Source of the DNA: an uncultured Gammaproteobacteria bacterium
GTDB lineage: Bacteria > Patescibacteriota > Patescibacteriia > UBA2591 > UBA6264
DNA length: 28,927 nt
Reading direction: 5' to 3'
NCBI GenBank assembly: GCA_964507075.1
Contig: CAZDOL010000003.1
Coordinates: forward strand, 30,246 to 59,172
Shown piece by piece: positions 16,008 through 24,560 of the stretch. The translations under genes and the position numbers were made by a program. The notes under the pieces were generated by a model. The model worked only from the letters and a program-made list of their open reading frames with translations. It was not told where the DNA came from and did no database searches. Each line of letters begins with the position of its first letter. Position 1 is the stretch's first letter.

Positions 16008-17303
16008 CTATATTATTTTAATTCTGGCTCCTATTTTATTTAAACGATCGCTCAATTTTTCATAACCACGATTAATAGAATAAACATTGCGTAAAATTGA
16101 GGTTCCTTGAGCTTTGAGCATAGCAATTAGGATTATGGTTGCTGGCCGCAATGCAGAGGGACAAATAATTTCAGTTGCTTTTAGCTTGGTCGGACCATTG
16201 ATATAAACTCTATAAGGGTCTGCTAAAATAATTTTAGCACCTAATTTTGCTAACTCAGTATAATAAATAGCTCGATGTTCGTAAACCCAATCGTGAATTA
16301 GAGTTTGTCCCCGAGCTTGAGTAGCAATAGGTACAAAAAAGGGCAGGTTATCAATATTTAGTCCTGGGAATGGTCGAGCGTAAATTTTTTCCTCCAAAGA
16401 TTTTAATTTAGAGGGGAATGTTTTAATATCTACTAAGTTTGTAAAATGATTTCTCCCCTTATATTTTTTAATAATTTCAAAATTGAAGCCCATTTTTTCT
16501 AGTTTTAATAATTCTAACTCAAGAAAATCAATAGGACATCTTTTGATGGTTAAAGGAGAATTCGTAGTTGCGGCTACGGACAAGAAAAACATTGATTCAA
16601 TGGGATCTTCGCTTAGGCAGTATTCAACAGGAGTTTTTATTTTGGGTTTGCCAGACACAATCAAGGTTGTTGTTCCTATGCCTTTAATTTTGACTCCTAA
16701 TTTAGTTAAAAAATAGCATAAATCTTGAACTTGATAATTGGCAGAGGCTAGTTTGATAGTAGTTTGACCCTTTATTCTGGCTGCTGCCATTAAAACATTT
16801 TCGGTAGTGGTATCTCCTGATTCATAGAGAACTATTTCATTGCTTTTTGTTTTTTCGCGGCTTATCTCATATTCTTTAGAGAGGGTTTTAATTTTAACGC
16901 CTAATTTTTCTAAAGCGAATAAATGTGGTCTAACTGTTCTCAGGCCCAATTTGCATCCGCCAGGTTGAGGAAGGGAGAATTTTTTAAATTCATGAACAAG
17001 GGGACCCATAAGCATAATAATACTTCTGGTTTTGGCTGCTGCTTTTTTGTTGAGATTTTTTATTTTTAATTTTACTGGAGGAATGATTTCTAAATCATAT
17101 TTTTTTATCCATTCTACCTTAACGCCTAAACTGCGCAATACCTCAGTCATACGATTAACTTCTTCAATGTGAGGAACTTTCCTAAGAACAGTTTTACTTT
17201 TATTCAAAAGACTAGCTGCCATTAAACCCATAGCAGAATTTTTTGATGTATTTGTGATAACTGTTCCTTTTAATTTTCGTCCCCCTTTAATTTCAAGATT
17301 CAT
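16008..17303 (-). CDS. murA: UDP-N-acetylglucosamine 1-carboxyvinyltransferase
   Basis: 431 aa with the EPSP-synthase/MurA fold pattern. The active-site loop PGGCKLGLRTVRPH carries the Cys. Confidence 0.9.
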   Translation of the reverse strand: MNLEIKGGRKLKGTVITNTSKNSAMGLMAASLLNKSKTVLRKVPHIEEVNRMTEVLRSLGVKVEWIKKYDLEIIPPVKLKIKNLNKKAAAKTRSIIMLMGPLVHEFKKFSLPQPGGCKLGLRTVRPHLFALEKLGVKIKTLSKEYEISREKTKSNEIVLYESGDTTTENVLMAAARIKGQTTIKLASANYQVQDLCYFLTKLGVKIKGIGTTTLIVSGKPKIKTPVEYCLSEDPIESMFFLSVAATTNSPLTIKRCPIDFLELELLKLEKMGFNFEIIKKYKGRNHFTNLVDIKTFPSKLKSLEEKIYARPFPGLNIDNLPFFVPIATQARGQTLIHDWVYEHRAIYYTELAKLGAKIILADPYRVYINGPTKLKATEIICPSALRPATIILIAMLKAQGTSILRNVYSINRGYEKLSDRLNKIGARIKII

Positions 17304-17356
17304 ATGTTAAAATTTATATTACTTCATGGTTTGACCCTGAAGTGTCTGGTGATTTT

Positions 17357-18235
17357 TTATTCTCCAGTGAAGAGACAACAAATTGGTCCATTAAATTTCC
17401 AATTATTTTTTTGAGCTTTAAGTAGGCCCGCTATAGATAATAAACTATCATAGCTTATTTTAGCAAGATCTGTATTTATTTCAATTATTTTTCGAGCCGT
17501 TTTTAATTCTCTGTCGCTAATTACCCAAGCCCATCCAGCTGATTCTTGGATGGCTCTGATAACATCCATTTTTCTTTTAGCTGTTTTATCCACAATAGCC
17601 TTTGCTAAGGATTTCTTTTTGACCTTAAATTCTTTGTCAAAGTCCCAGGCTAAGGGATGAGTTTTTTCTGTTTGGATTATATGGATTTCTACATTTTGAT
17701 TTATTTTTTTAAAGTATTCAAATGTTCCCAAGCTAGTTATTCCAGAGGAGGTAGGAATAAAAATTGCTTGCAAATTTGGTATTTGCGCCATTTCTTCTCC
17801 TAATCCAACATAAGCTTGTTCTGCTTGGGATTCAGTGGACCCTCGCAGGAATATAGCTCCTGTTTCTTTAGAAAACTTAAAGGCATCTTGTTTGGCTTTT
17901 CTTGATTTTTTAATTTTAATTTGTGGAGAATTGTTTCGAGCTAACTGTAAACGTTTCCATTTTTTAGAGTCTATAGCTAAGGGAACGAAAACCATTAAGT
18001 TTATTTGAGGATTTTTAATTTTTTCTAAATAGTAACAAGCAGCAATAGCAGCGTTGCCAGAAGAAGAGATAACAAATTTTTTTTCTCCCTGAGGAATATA
18101 TTTTTCAAATAAATATGAAAGAAGCCTGATTTTGTGGGAGCCAGATTCATTAAGATATTCATGTTTAATCCAAACTTCTGGTAAATTTAATTTTTGCGCC
18201 AAATTGGGATATTTTTTTTGTTGAGTATTGTTCAT
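17357..18235 (-). CDS. PLP-dependent enzyme, fold type II (Trp-synthase-beta/threonine dehydratase-like)
   Basis: 292 aa with the ESGSHKIR PLP-lysine motif and SSSGNAAIA and IPTSSG loops. Exact activity is not assignable. Confidence 0.65.
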   Translation of the reverse strand: MNNTQQKKYPNLAQKLNLPEVWIKHEYLNESGSHKIRLLSYLFEKYIPQGEKKFVISSSGNAAIAACYYLEKIKNPQINLMVFVPLAIDSKKWKRLQLARNNSPQIKIKKSRKAKQDAFKFSKETGAIFLRGSTESQAEQAYVGLGEEMAQIPNLQAIFIPTSSGITSLGTFEYFKKINQNVEIHIIQTEKTHPLAWDFDKEFKVKKKSLAKAIVDKTAKRKMDVIRAIQESAGWAWVISDRELKTARKIIEINTDLAKISYDSLLSIAGLLKAQKNNWKFNGPICCLFTGE

Positions 18236-18242
18236 AAAGGCC

Positions 18243-18270
18243 TTGACATTGATATTTATTTTCCTAAAAT
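18243..18270 (+). promoter_or_regulatory. near-consensus promoter giving a probably leaderless mRNA for the LysW-like ORF
   Basis: TTGACA (18243-18248), 16-nt spacer, TAAAAT (18265-18270). The ATG is at 18277, only 6 nt after the -10 box. Confidence 0.5.
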
Positions 18271-18276
18271 GTTATT

Positions 18277-18444
18277 ATGTTTAATTTAATTTGCCCCGAG
18301 TGCAAAAACAACATTAATATTTCTGATCTTTCTGAAATTAAGGAAGGCAGTATTATTGAATGCGACACTTGTGGAATTACATTAGAAGTTTCGGGAATTG
18401 AAGGGGATAATGTTGGTTTAGATGTGATAGACGAAGGCAAATAA
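18277..18444 (+). CDS. LysW-like zinc-ribbon protein (55 aa), not in the supplied ORF track
   Basis: Own translation: MFNLICPECKNNINISDLSEIKEGSIIECDTCGITLEVSGIEGDNVGLDVIDEGK. The CPEC...CDTC spacing and the G.I.EC..CG..LEV core resemble LysW/ArgW carrier proteins. The C-terminal EDWGE is absent (the ORF ends DEGK). Confidence 0.6.
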   Translation: MFNLICPECKNNINISDLSEIKEGSIIECDTCGITLEVSGIEGDNVGLDVIDEGK

Positions 18445-18446
18445 TT

Positions 18447-19874
18447 TTATTTGGATGAGATTTGCCTTACACTTTGTTCAATCATTCCCCGAAAACCATG
18501 AGACCCTAAAAAAATAATCACGTCTCCAGGTTTTGTTTTTGTTTCTAAAAAATGAACCAATTCGTTGTCTGCTTCAAAATAGAAAACCTTTAGGTTTTTT
18601 TTATTTTTTTCTTTAATTGTTTTGGCTAATTCTTCTCCGTTCATTCTCTTTTCTTGTTCTGTGTTTGTTTTGGTCTTTGATAGCCGTGGAATTAAAACAA
18701 AATTAGCAGAAGAAAATACTTGTTCATAAAATTTTTTACTAGTTTCGGTGCGATTACCTACGTTTGGCTCATAAACGGCAAAGATGCGAGCTTTAGGGAA
18801 ATAGAGCCGAATAGCCATTAACGAACTTTTGGCTTTAACTGGAGAATGAGCTAAATCATCAAATATGAAAATATCTTTTTTTGAAGATTTGAGTTCTAAA
18901 CGACGTTTCACGCCTTGAAAATTTTTTGTTGCTTTTTTGATCTTATTTAATTCTACACCTATTGTATGGCACATAGCAATCCCCGCCGTTAGGTTTTCAA
19001 TCATATGTTCTCCGAATAGTTTAGTTTCAAATTTTTCTAATACTCTACCTTTATTATAAATAGTAAAACAGGATTTTTTAGATGATAAAGAATTTATTTC
19101 ATAAGAGTAATCTTTTTTACCATTAACTACTTTTTTTTCGCCGTAACGGATTATTTCAGTATTTGTTAAAGAAATAATTTTTTCTAAATTTTTATCTTTT
19201 TCTTTTTTTATGCTGGCCAAGATTTTTCCTTGAGGGGGTAATAATTTTATTAGTTTTGCAAAACTGGTCAAATAGTCTTTTTCGCGAGGGAAAATATCAA
19301 CATGATCCCAAATAATAGAAGAAAGAATAAGATGGGTTGGTTTATACCATAAAAATTTAGAACGAATATCCCAACGAGCTGTACTATACTCGTCTCCTTC
19401 CGTTACGCTCCACTCACTTTGTCCACAATATGCGCCATTTTCTAAGTCAGGAGCTATTCCCCCCACGAACCAGCTGGGATTTTTTTTTGCCTGTTTTAAT
19501 ATATGGGTCAAAAAAGCACTGATAGTGGTTTTAGCGTAAGTGCCAGCAACTACTATGGAGTTTTTTTTAATAATATATTTTTTTACTAACTCGGGAAACG
19601 ATTTTATATTTAGCTTTTCTCTAACAACTTTCAAATATTCTGGATTTTTCAAGGAGATAAAATTGCCCACTACTACTATTTGAGGTGAGCCAATATTTTC
19701 TGGATGCCAACCTGGATAAAAATTAATCTTAGCTTTTTTAAGATGTTCGCTAATAGGAGGAAAAAAACCTTTGTCAGAGCCAGTCACCTTCCAACCCATT
19801 TTTTTGAACATTACCGCTAAAGCTCCCATCCCAACTCCGCAAATTCCAATAAAATGAATGTGTTTTTTTGTCAT
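18447..19874 (-). CDS. mpl: Mpl-type Mur ligase (UDP-MurNAc:tripeptide ligase-like)
   Basis: N terminus IHFIGICGVGMGALA...GSDKGFFPPIS matches Mpl (YPPMS). Other matches are EGDEY...DIRSKF...DHVDIF, KRRLEL and DDLAHSP. The P-loop reads GTYAKTT instead of GTxGKTT. Confidence 0.8.
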   Translation of the reverse strand: MTKKHIHFIGICGVGMGALAVMFKKMGWKVTGSDKGFFPPISEHLKKAKINFYPGWHPENIGSPQIVVVGNFISLKNPEYLKVVREKLNIKSFPELVKKYIIKKNSIVVAGTYAKTTISAFLTHILKQAKKNPSWFVGGIAPDLENGAYCGQSEWSVTEGDEYSTARWDIRSKFLWYKPTHLILSSIIWDHVDIFPREKDYLTSFAKLIKLLPPQGKILASIKKEKDKNLEKIISLTNTEIIRYGEKKVVNGKKDYSYEINSLSSKKSCFTIYNKGRVLEKFETKLFGEHMIENLTAGIAMCHTIGVELNKIKKATKNFQGVKRRLELKSSKKDIFIFDDLAHSPVKAKSSLMAIRLYFPKARIFAVYEPNVGNRTETSKKFYEQVFSSANFVLIPRLSKTKTNTEQEKRMNGEELAKTIKEKNKKNLKVFYFEADNELVHFLETKTKPGDVIIFLGSHGFRGMIEQSVRQISSK

Positions 19875-19877
19875 TTT

Positions 19878-20849
19878 TTATAAAAGATTATTTTTTAAAA
19901 AATCTTTTTTTAATTGGTTATGATATGTTAAGTTTTTTAGTCCGCTTGTTTTTACATCCCAGAATCCGCCTATCATTCTGCTGGCTAAAATTGGCCTGAT
20001 AGACGCATCAAATCTATTTTTTTCTGGATTAGGAAGATCCTGGCGAATTTTATTTAAATAATATTTCGCGAATTTTGGTGAATTAGCGCTTGTATATATC
20101 CTGTGATAAAAATAACAGATATCATAATATCTTGGTGACTGACTACTTGCGTGTTCGCCGTCAATTAGCACGAATCTCTCGTTATCTTGAATCATATGCC
20201 AAGGAACAAAATCTCCGTGAGATATCCCAGCTGTATATGTATTTTTTAGTTTTTTTACTTCGTCAATAACGCCTTGAAGTTGATTTTCTTTTACTTCTTC
20301 GTACCAACCATTAACTTTTTTAAAATAATCATTCCATTTTTCTGTAAAATTTTTTGAATATTTGTCTCTATAAAAATTTATATTTTTTAACGAAAGAAAA
20401 AATAAATTTGTTTTTATGATTTTATCAATCCATTTATTCAATTTTTTTACATTAAATGGATTTTTTTGCGACAAAAATTGTCCGGCATGATAATTTGATA
20501 AATAGTAAAATTTTCCCTGATAATGTCCATAATCATAAACCTTAGGAACATTAAAATAGTCAATATTAGATTTTTTAATCAGTTTATAAATTTGTTCATT
20601 CCAAGAAACTTCATTTTGCGTTCTTTCTCCAATATCAGGAGTTGAGGACATTTTAAAAAAGAAAATTTTATTATTTTTTTCTAATTTTCCGTGAATATGC
20701 CTCCATAGTTGTTTAATATCAAGGACATTAAATCCTTTTTTTGAAAAGTAGTTTTTAATATCTGTTTTATTCACAACCTTGCTTTTTCTGTAATTTTTTC
20801 CATTTTTAGTTGTAAATAAATCAATATTTAGTTTATCTTTTTGTGCCAT
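19878..20849 (-). CDS. APH/choline-kinase-fold phosphotransferase
   Basis: ISHGDFVPWH (HGDxxxxN-type catalytic loop) and LIDGEH (metal-binding motif). Substrate unknown. Confidence 0.65.
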   Translation of the reverse strand: MAQKDKLNIDLFTTKNGKNYRKSKVVNKTDIKNYFSKKGFNVLDIKQLWRHIHGKLEKNNKIFFFKMSSTPDIGERTQNEVSWNEQIYKLIKKSNIDYFNVPKVYDYGHYQGKFYYLSNYHAGQFLSQKNPFNVKKLNKWIDKIIKTNLFFLSLKNINFYRDKYSKNFTEKWNDYFKKVNGWYEEVKENQLQGVIDEVKKLKNTYTAGISHGDFVPWHMIQDNERFVLIDGEHASSQSPRYYDICYFYHRIYTSANSPKFAKYYLNKIRQDLPNPEKNRFDASIRPILASRMIGGFWDVKTSGLKNLTYHNQLKKDFLKNNLL

Positions 20850-20858
20850 ATTTTTTTT

Positions 20859-21623
20859 ATAGGGACAGTCACCCCATTTTAATCTGCCTTAATCAAGCCA
20901 CTTTTGGTCTGCCAGATGACGAAATAATTAATTTTCTTTTATAAAGACATTCTAAATTTTCAATGAAATTTTTATCACCCAATGGTCGGCCAGTTAAAAC
21001 ATGGTTCTCAATTTCTTTAATTATTTCTTTTTTATTTTCCTTTTCAAGATATTCTCGCCAATTATTTATTCCGATTAATTCATTTATGTCAGCTAAAGTA
21101 ATGCCATTTTGATCTTTACCTTTTAGTCCTTTTATGTGAGCACTAGCGCTTGACCATCGCCAATCCCAAGCTTTCTCAACCAGTCCTGCTTTTACTGGAT
21201 TTCTTTCTACATATCTAATGGCAACATAAAAATGTTTTTCATCCAAAACACAAGAATAAAAGCGATCTTGCCACAAGTGTCCTCTAAAATTATGTTTTTT
21301 ATTAAAAAATTGTGAATATAGTCCGTGAGCCACGCCAAAACTTTTGGCTAATGAATCCTCTTTTTGAGGAGTGGCAATAAAATGAACGTGGTTTGGCATT
21401 AAAGAATAAGCAAAAATTAAAAGTAGATATCTTTTACAATACTCCTCAATCCAATTGAGATATTGTGTGAAGTCTTTTTGAGATCTAAAAGTTTTTTGTT
21501 TGTAGTTGCCTCGTTGAGTTATATGGTGAGGATAACCAACAGCAACTAATCTAGCAATTCTTGACATAATAGTCTAATTTTCGGCTTAAATAAGGGCTTA
21601 GAAAATAGGGTGACTGTCCCTAT
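20859..21623 (-). mobile_element. Y1 (HUH) transposase unit bounded by 22-nt inverted REP-like repeats
   Basis: Left end atagggacagtcaccccatttt (20859-20880). Right end aaaatagggtgactgtccctat (21602-21623). They match in 21/22 positions in inverted orientation. Confidence 0.65.
20893..21567 (-). CDS. IS200-like / REP-associated tyrosine transposase (Y1 HUH family)
   Basis: HHITQRGN, the HUH motif MPNHVHF, RYVERNPVKAGLV with the catalytic Tyr, and WRWSS. Confidence 0.85.
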   Translation of the reverse strand: MSRIARLVAVGYPHHITQRGNYKQKTFRSQKDFTQYLNWIEEYCKRYLLLIFAYSLMPNHVHFIATPQKEDSLAKSFGVAHGLYSQFFNKKHNFRGHLWQDRFYSCVLDEKHFYVAIRYVERNPVKAGLVEKAWDWRWSSASAHIKGLKGKDQNGITLADINELIGINNWREYLEKENKKEIIKEIENHVLTGRPLGDKNFIENLECLYKRKLIISSSGRPKVA

Positions 21624-22713
21624 GAAAAAGAGTTGTCCAATCTTTTGGATAGCGAATCTGATCTGTTGTCGGTAATCCTGTTTTCTTTTCTGTGTCTATA
21701 ATTGCTTTTTTTGCTTCTTGGTCTGTCATTCCGCTTGTATTTAGAGCAATTGCTACTACCTTAGTGTTTAAGAATGAAGGAATAACAGTTTTTTCTGCGA
21801 GCTCAATGACTGTCTTTATGTCTGGGACAGGCAATAATTGACATCCTGTAATGCGTTTTCTTAAAGGTCTATGAACTAAAACTAAATGAGTGGGACAGGC
21901 GCCATGTATTAATGCTATTGCCGTTGTAGAAAAGGCAGGATGAGACAAGGACCCTTGCCCTTCTACAAAATATATATCTGGATTTTCTTTTTTTTCTTTT
22001 TCTAAAATCATTTTTTCAACAGCTCCAGCCATAAAATCGCCTTCACATTTATCAACAGCAATACCCCAGCCTTCAATCATAATACTAGTCTGTCCTGTTG
22101 GAATTATACAGGTATTATATTTTTTGCTAGCCATTTTTGCCAATTCATAAGTGGTCGTTAGTTTTCCAATGGCAGCATCTGTTCCTATTGTTAATACAAT
22201 TGGTTTTTTTATTTTATATGCTTGGCAACTTGCGATTGGTAATTCTGCTGGGGATGGGCGTGTTTCCCATATTTTGCAAGAATTTTGTTTAGCTGTTTTA
22301 AATATTTTAGAATGCAAAGAAAGTGGCACGTGCATACCACTCACTATATCAAAATTATTTTCTAAAGCCCAAACCAAATCATCAATGAATTTTTGGGGCA
22401 TTTTGCCTCCCTGGGGGGCAATGCCTATTATTAGTACATTTGCCGAAGTTTTAGTTTTGGCGTCTTTAATTGTTTTGAATATTGGAATCTCTTTTTTAAC
22501 ATCTTTTAATATTTCAGAAACATATATTTTTTTACAATTATTATCAACCACTCCAACGATATTATGTTTAGCATATCGTAGTATTCCGTCAGCTGTTTTC
22601 GGCCTACTGGGCATTATTTTACGGGCATCTAATCCAAAAGAATCCCCAGTATAAATGAGAATTTTTTTGTTTTTTAAGTCAATATGTTCGTTGACTAATG
22701 CATTGCTACCCAT
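21598..22713 (-). CDS. DUF1611 family protein
   Basis: IIGIAPQGGK, VSGMH, GTDAAIGKLTT, PTGQTSI, DFMAGAVE and VEGQGSLSHPAFS match the DUF1611 (PF07755) pattern as I remember it. The last 8 codons are encoded by the right REP-like repeat. Confidence 0.8.
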   Translation of the reverse strand: MGSNALVNEHIDLKNKKILIYTGDSFGLDARKIMPSRPKTADGILRYAKHNIVGVVDNNCKKIYVSEILKDVKKEIPIFKTIKDAKTKTSANVLIIGIAPQGGKMPQKFIDDLVWALENNFDIVSGMHVPLSLHSKIFKTAKQNSCKIWETRPSPAELPIASCQAYKIKKPIVLTIGTDAAIGKLTTTYELAKMASKKYNTCIIPTGQTSIMIEGWGIAVDKCEGDFMAGAVEKMILEKEKKENPDIYFVEGQGSLSHPAFSTTAIALIHGACPTHLVLVHRPLRKRITGCQLLPVPDIKTVIELAEKTVIPSFLNTKVVAIALNTSGMTDQEAKKAIIDTEKKTGLPTTDQIRYPKDWTTLFHRDSHPIF

Positions 22714-23822
22714 AAACCCAAAAACATCATAAATAAATTAATAATCCAAAATCGCATTACTATTTTTTCTTCGCTCCAACCCAAACATTCTAAGTGATGG
22801 TGTAGGGGGGCCATTTTAAATAAGCGTTTGCCTAAAATATGACGCCAGAATATTTGCAAAATTACAGAGACAATTTCTATTAGGAATATAAAACCAAAGA
22901 AGGGGATAATTAAAAGTCTGTTTTGGGCAATAGCTGTTACCGCAAACAGAGCGCCCATACTAAGAGAGCCCACGTCTCCCATTTGGAAACGAGCGGGCTT
23001 GATATTAAAATAAATATAGGCAATTAGCGCTCCAATGACACTGGCGTTTAGAATAGCAAAATGAGAATTATTTTGCAAAAAGCCAATAATGGCCAGTCCA
23101 CAAAATGCTGATAACAAAACACCACCAGAGAGTCCGTCCAGTCCGTCAGAAATATTTACTGCATTAGCAAAGAACATTACAGTGAAAATAACTACGGGTA
23201 TCATCCAATATCCCAAATAAACCTCACCATTAAATGGTATCCAAATATAAAGCCATTGATTTCCTAATTTAAAGACTATCCACCAAGCAGTAATAACTCC
23301 GGTTAGAAATTGAAGAATTATTTTTTCATGAGGCAAAACACCGCGCGTAGGATGGGAACTTAAAATGCGAAAAGCATTTTTAAATAAAGTCCAAGGTAGG
23401 GCGAAAATTAACCAAACACGATAAGATTTATTCTTATGGCAGTGGATTAATTTTAGAGTTAATCTTAGAGATCTGATTTTTCTTTTTTTACCAAAGACAT
23501 TTAAGACATCATCTATTCCTCCAAGAAGCGCAGATAAACACATTACGCCTATAGGCACATAAGTGAATTTTTGTTCAAAATTAAAAAGTAAAGTGACAAT
23601 AAGGATGGTGGCTATTATTAACAAACCTCCCATAATGGGCGTACCCGCTTTACTGGCGCGTTGATTGTTTGCTTTTAATGAAGGGTCTAGCTCTATCTTA
23701 TTTTGGATTTTTAGTTTATAAAGCAAGTGGATAATTAGAGGAGCTAAAACAAAAGCTATTAAACAAGAAAAAATAATGAAAAACAGAATTGTTGTTAGTA
23801 AATTTTGATAAAAAAAATCCAT
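22695..23822 (-). CDS. mraY: phospho-N-acetylmuramoyl-pentapeptide transferase
   Basis: GTPIMGG, IDDVLN, NAVNISDGLDGL, MGDVGSLSMGA and APLHHHLE. There is an extra basic segment of roughly 40 aa after the DD motif. Confidence 0.9.
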   Translation of the reverse strand: MDFFYQNLLTTILFFIIFSCLIAFVLAPLIIHLLYKLKIQNKIELDPSLKANNQRASKAGTPIMGGLLIIATILIVTLLFNFEQKFTYVPIGVMCLSALLGGIDDVLNVFGKKRKIRSLRLTLKLIHCHKNKSYRVWLIFALPWTLFKNAFRILSSHPTRGVLPHEKIILQFLTGVITAWWIVFKLGNQWLYIWIPFNGEVYLGYWMIPVVIFTVMFFANAVNISDGLDGLSGGVLLSAFCGLAIIGFLQNNSHFAILNASVIGALIAYIYFNIKPARFQMGDVGSLSMGALFAVTAIAQNRLLIIPFFGFIFLIEIVSVILQIFWRHILGKRLFKMAPLHHHLECLGWSEEKIVMRFWIINLFMMFLGLWVAMH

Positions 23823-23827
23823 ATTTT

Positions 23828-24550
23828 TTAAAATTTTAAACGGCGAATAATTATTTTTTCTTCGTTTATTTGTTCTTGTAAATTTTCTATATTAGGTTGG
23901 TGTAGTCCAACAAAAGAGACCCTTATTTCTTGCACGCCAGGACCGTGATATTCTTTTTTAATTGGTTTTGGAGCGTGAACAAGTGTTATTCTTTGGATAA
24001 TATTATTTTCAATCTCTACTTCTTTAATCAAAAGAACATGCCTTAGGTTGTGGCGAATTACCATGTCGCCAGGAAGAATTTGACTTAGATTTTCAATTTC
24101 TTGACTATTTTTATTATTGACCAATACTTTAACGCTAATATTTTCTATTGGTCTGGTTAGTGATATTAAATATCGGAAAGGATTTTTCCAAAAGGAGACA
24201 ATGTGAATTTTGGGAATAATATTGATTTGTTTTTCTTCTTTGTATTCTGATTTTAAAACATAGGTCGCTAGAGCCGAACAATCAATTCCCAGGTGATGCT
24301 TATTAAGAATTTGGTATAGTTCTTCTTCTGATATTGTTTCTAAATTAATATTTTTTTGTTGAGCGATTGATTGTGCTTCTTCAATAATTTCATTTGCTGT
24401 TCCTTTTCCCAAGAACACGCGTAAGCCAGCATAAGCTCTAAGATGATTGATAAAATAAGGACAGGCAATGGTTTTATTGCCAATTTTCATCTTTAGATAA
24501 GAATCAATGGTTTGTTGGGCCGAAGAAGATAAAGAAAGTTTCTGCCTCAT
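23828..24550 (-). CDS. hypothetical protein, possibly NlpC/P60-like Cys/His hydrolase
   Basis: 240 aa with no signal peptide. GIDCSALATYVL resembles the NlpC/P60 catalytic Cys motif and PGDMVIRHNLRHVLLI resembles the His region. This is a weak, motif-level call only. Confidence 0.5.
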   Translation of the reverse strand: MRQKLSLSSSAQQTIDSYLKMKIGNKTIACPYFINHLRAYAGLRVFLGKGTANEIIEEAQSIAQQKNINLETISEEELYQILNKHHLGIDCSALATYVLKSEYKEEKQINIIPKIHIVSFWKNPFRYLISLTRPIENISVKVLVNNKNSQEIENLSQILPGDMVIRHNLRHVLLIKEVEIENNIIQRITLVHAPKPIKKEYHGPGVQEIRVSFVGLHQPNIENLQEQINEEKIIIRRLKF

Positions 24551-24560
24551 ATTTGTTTAT

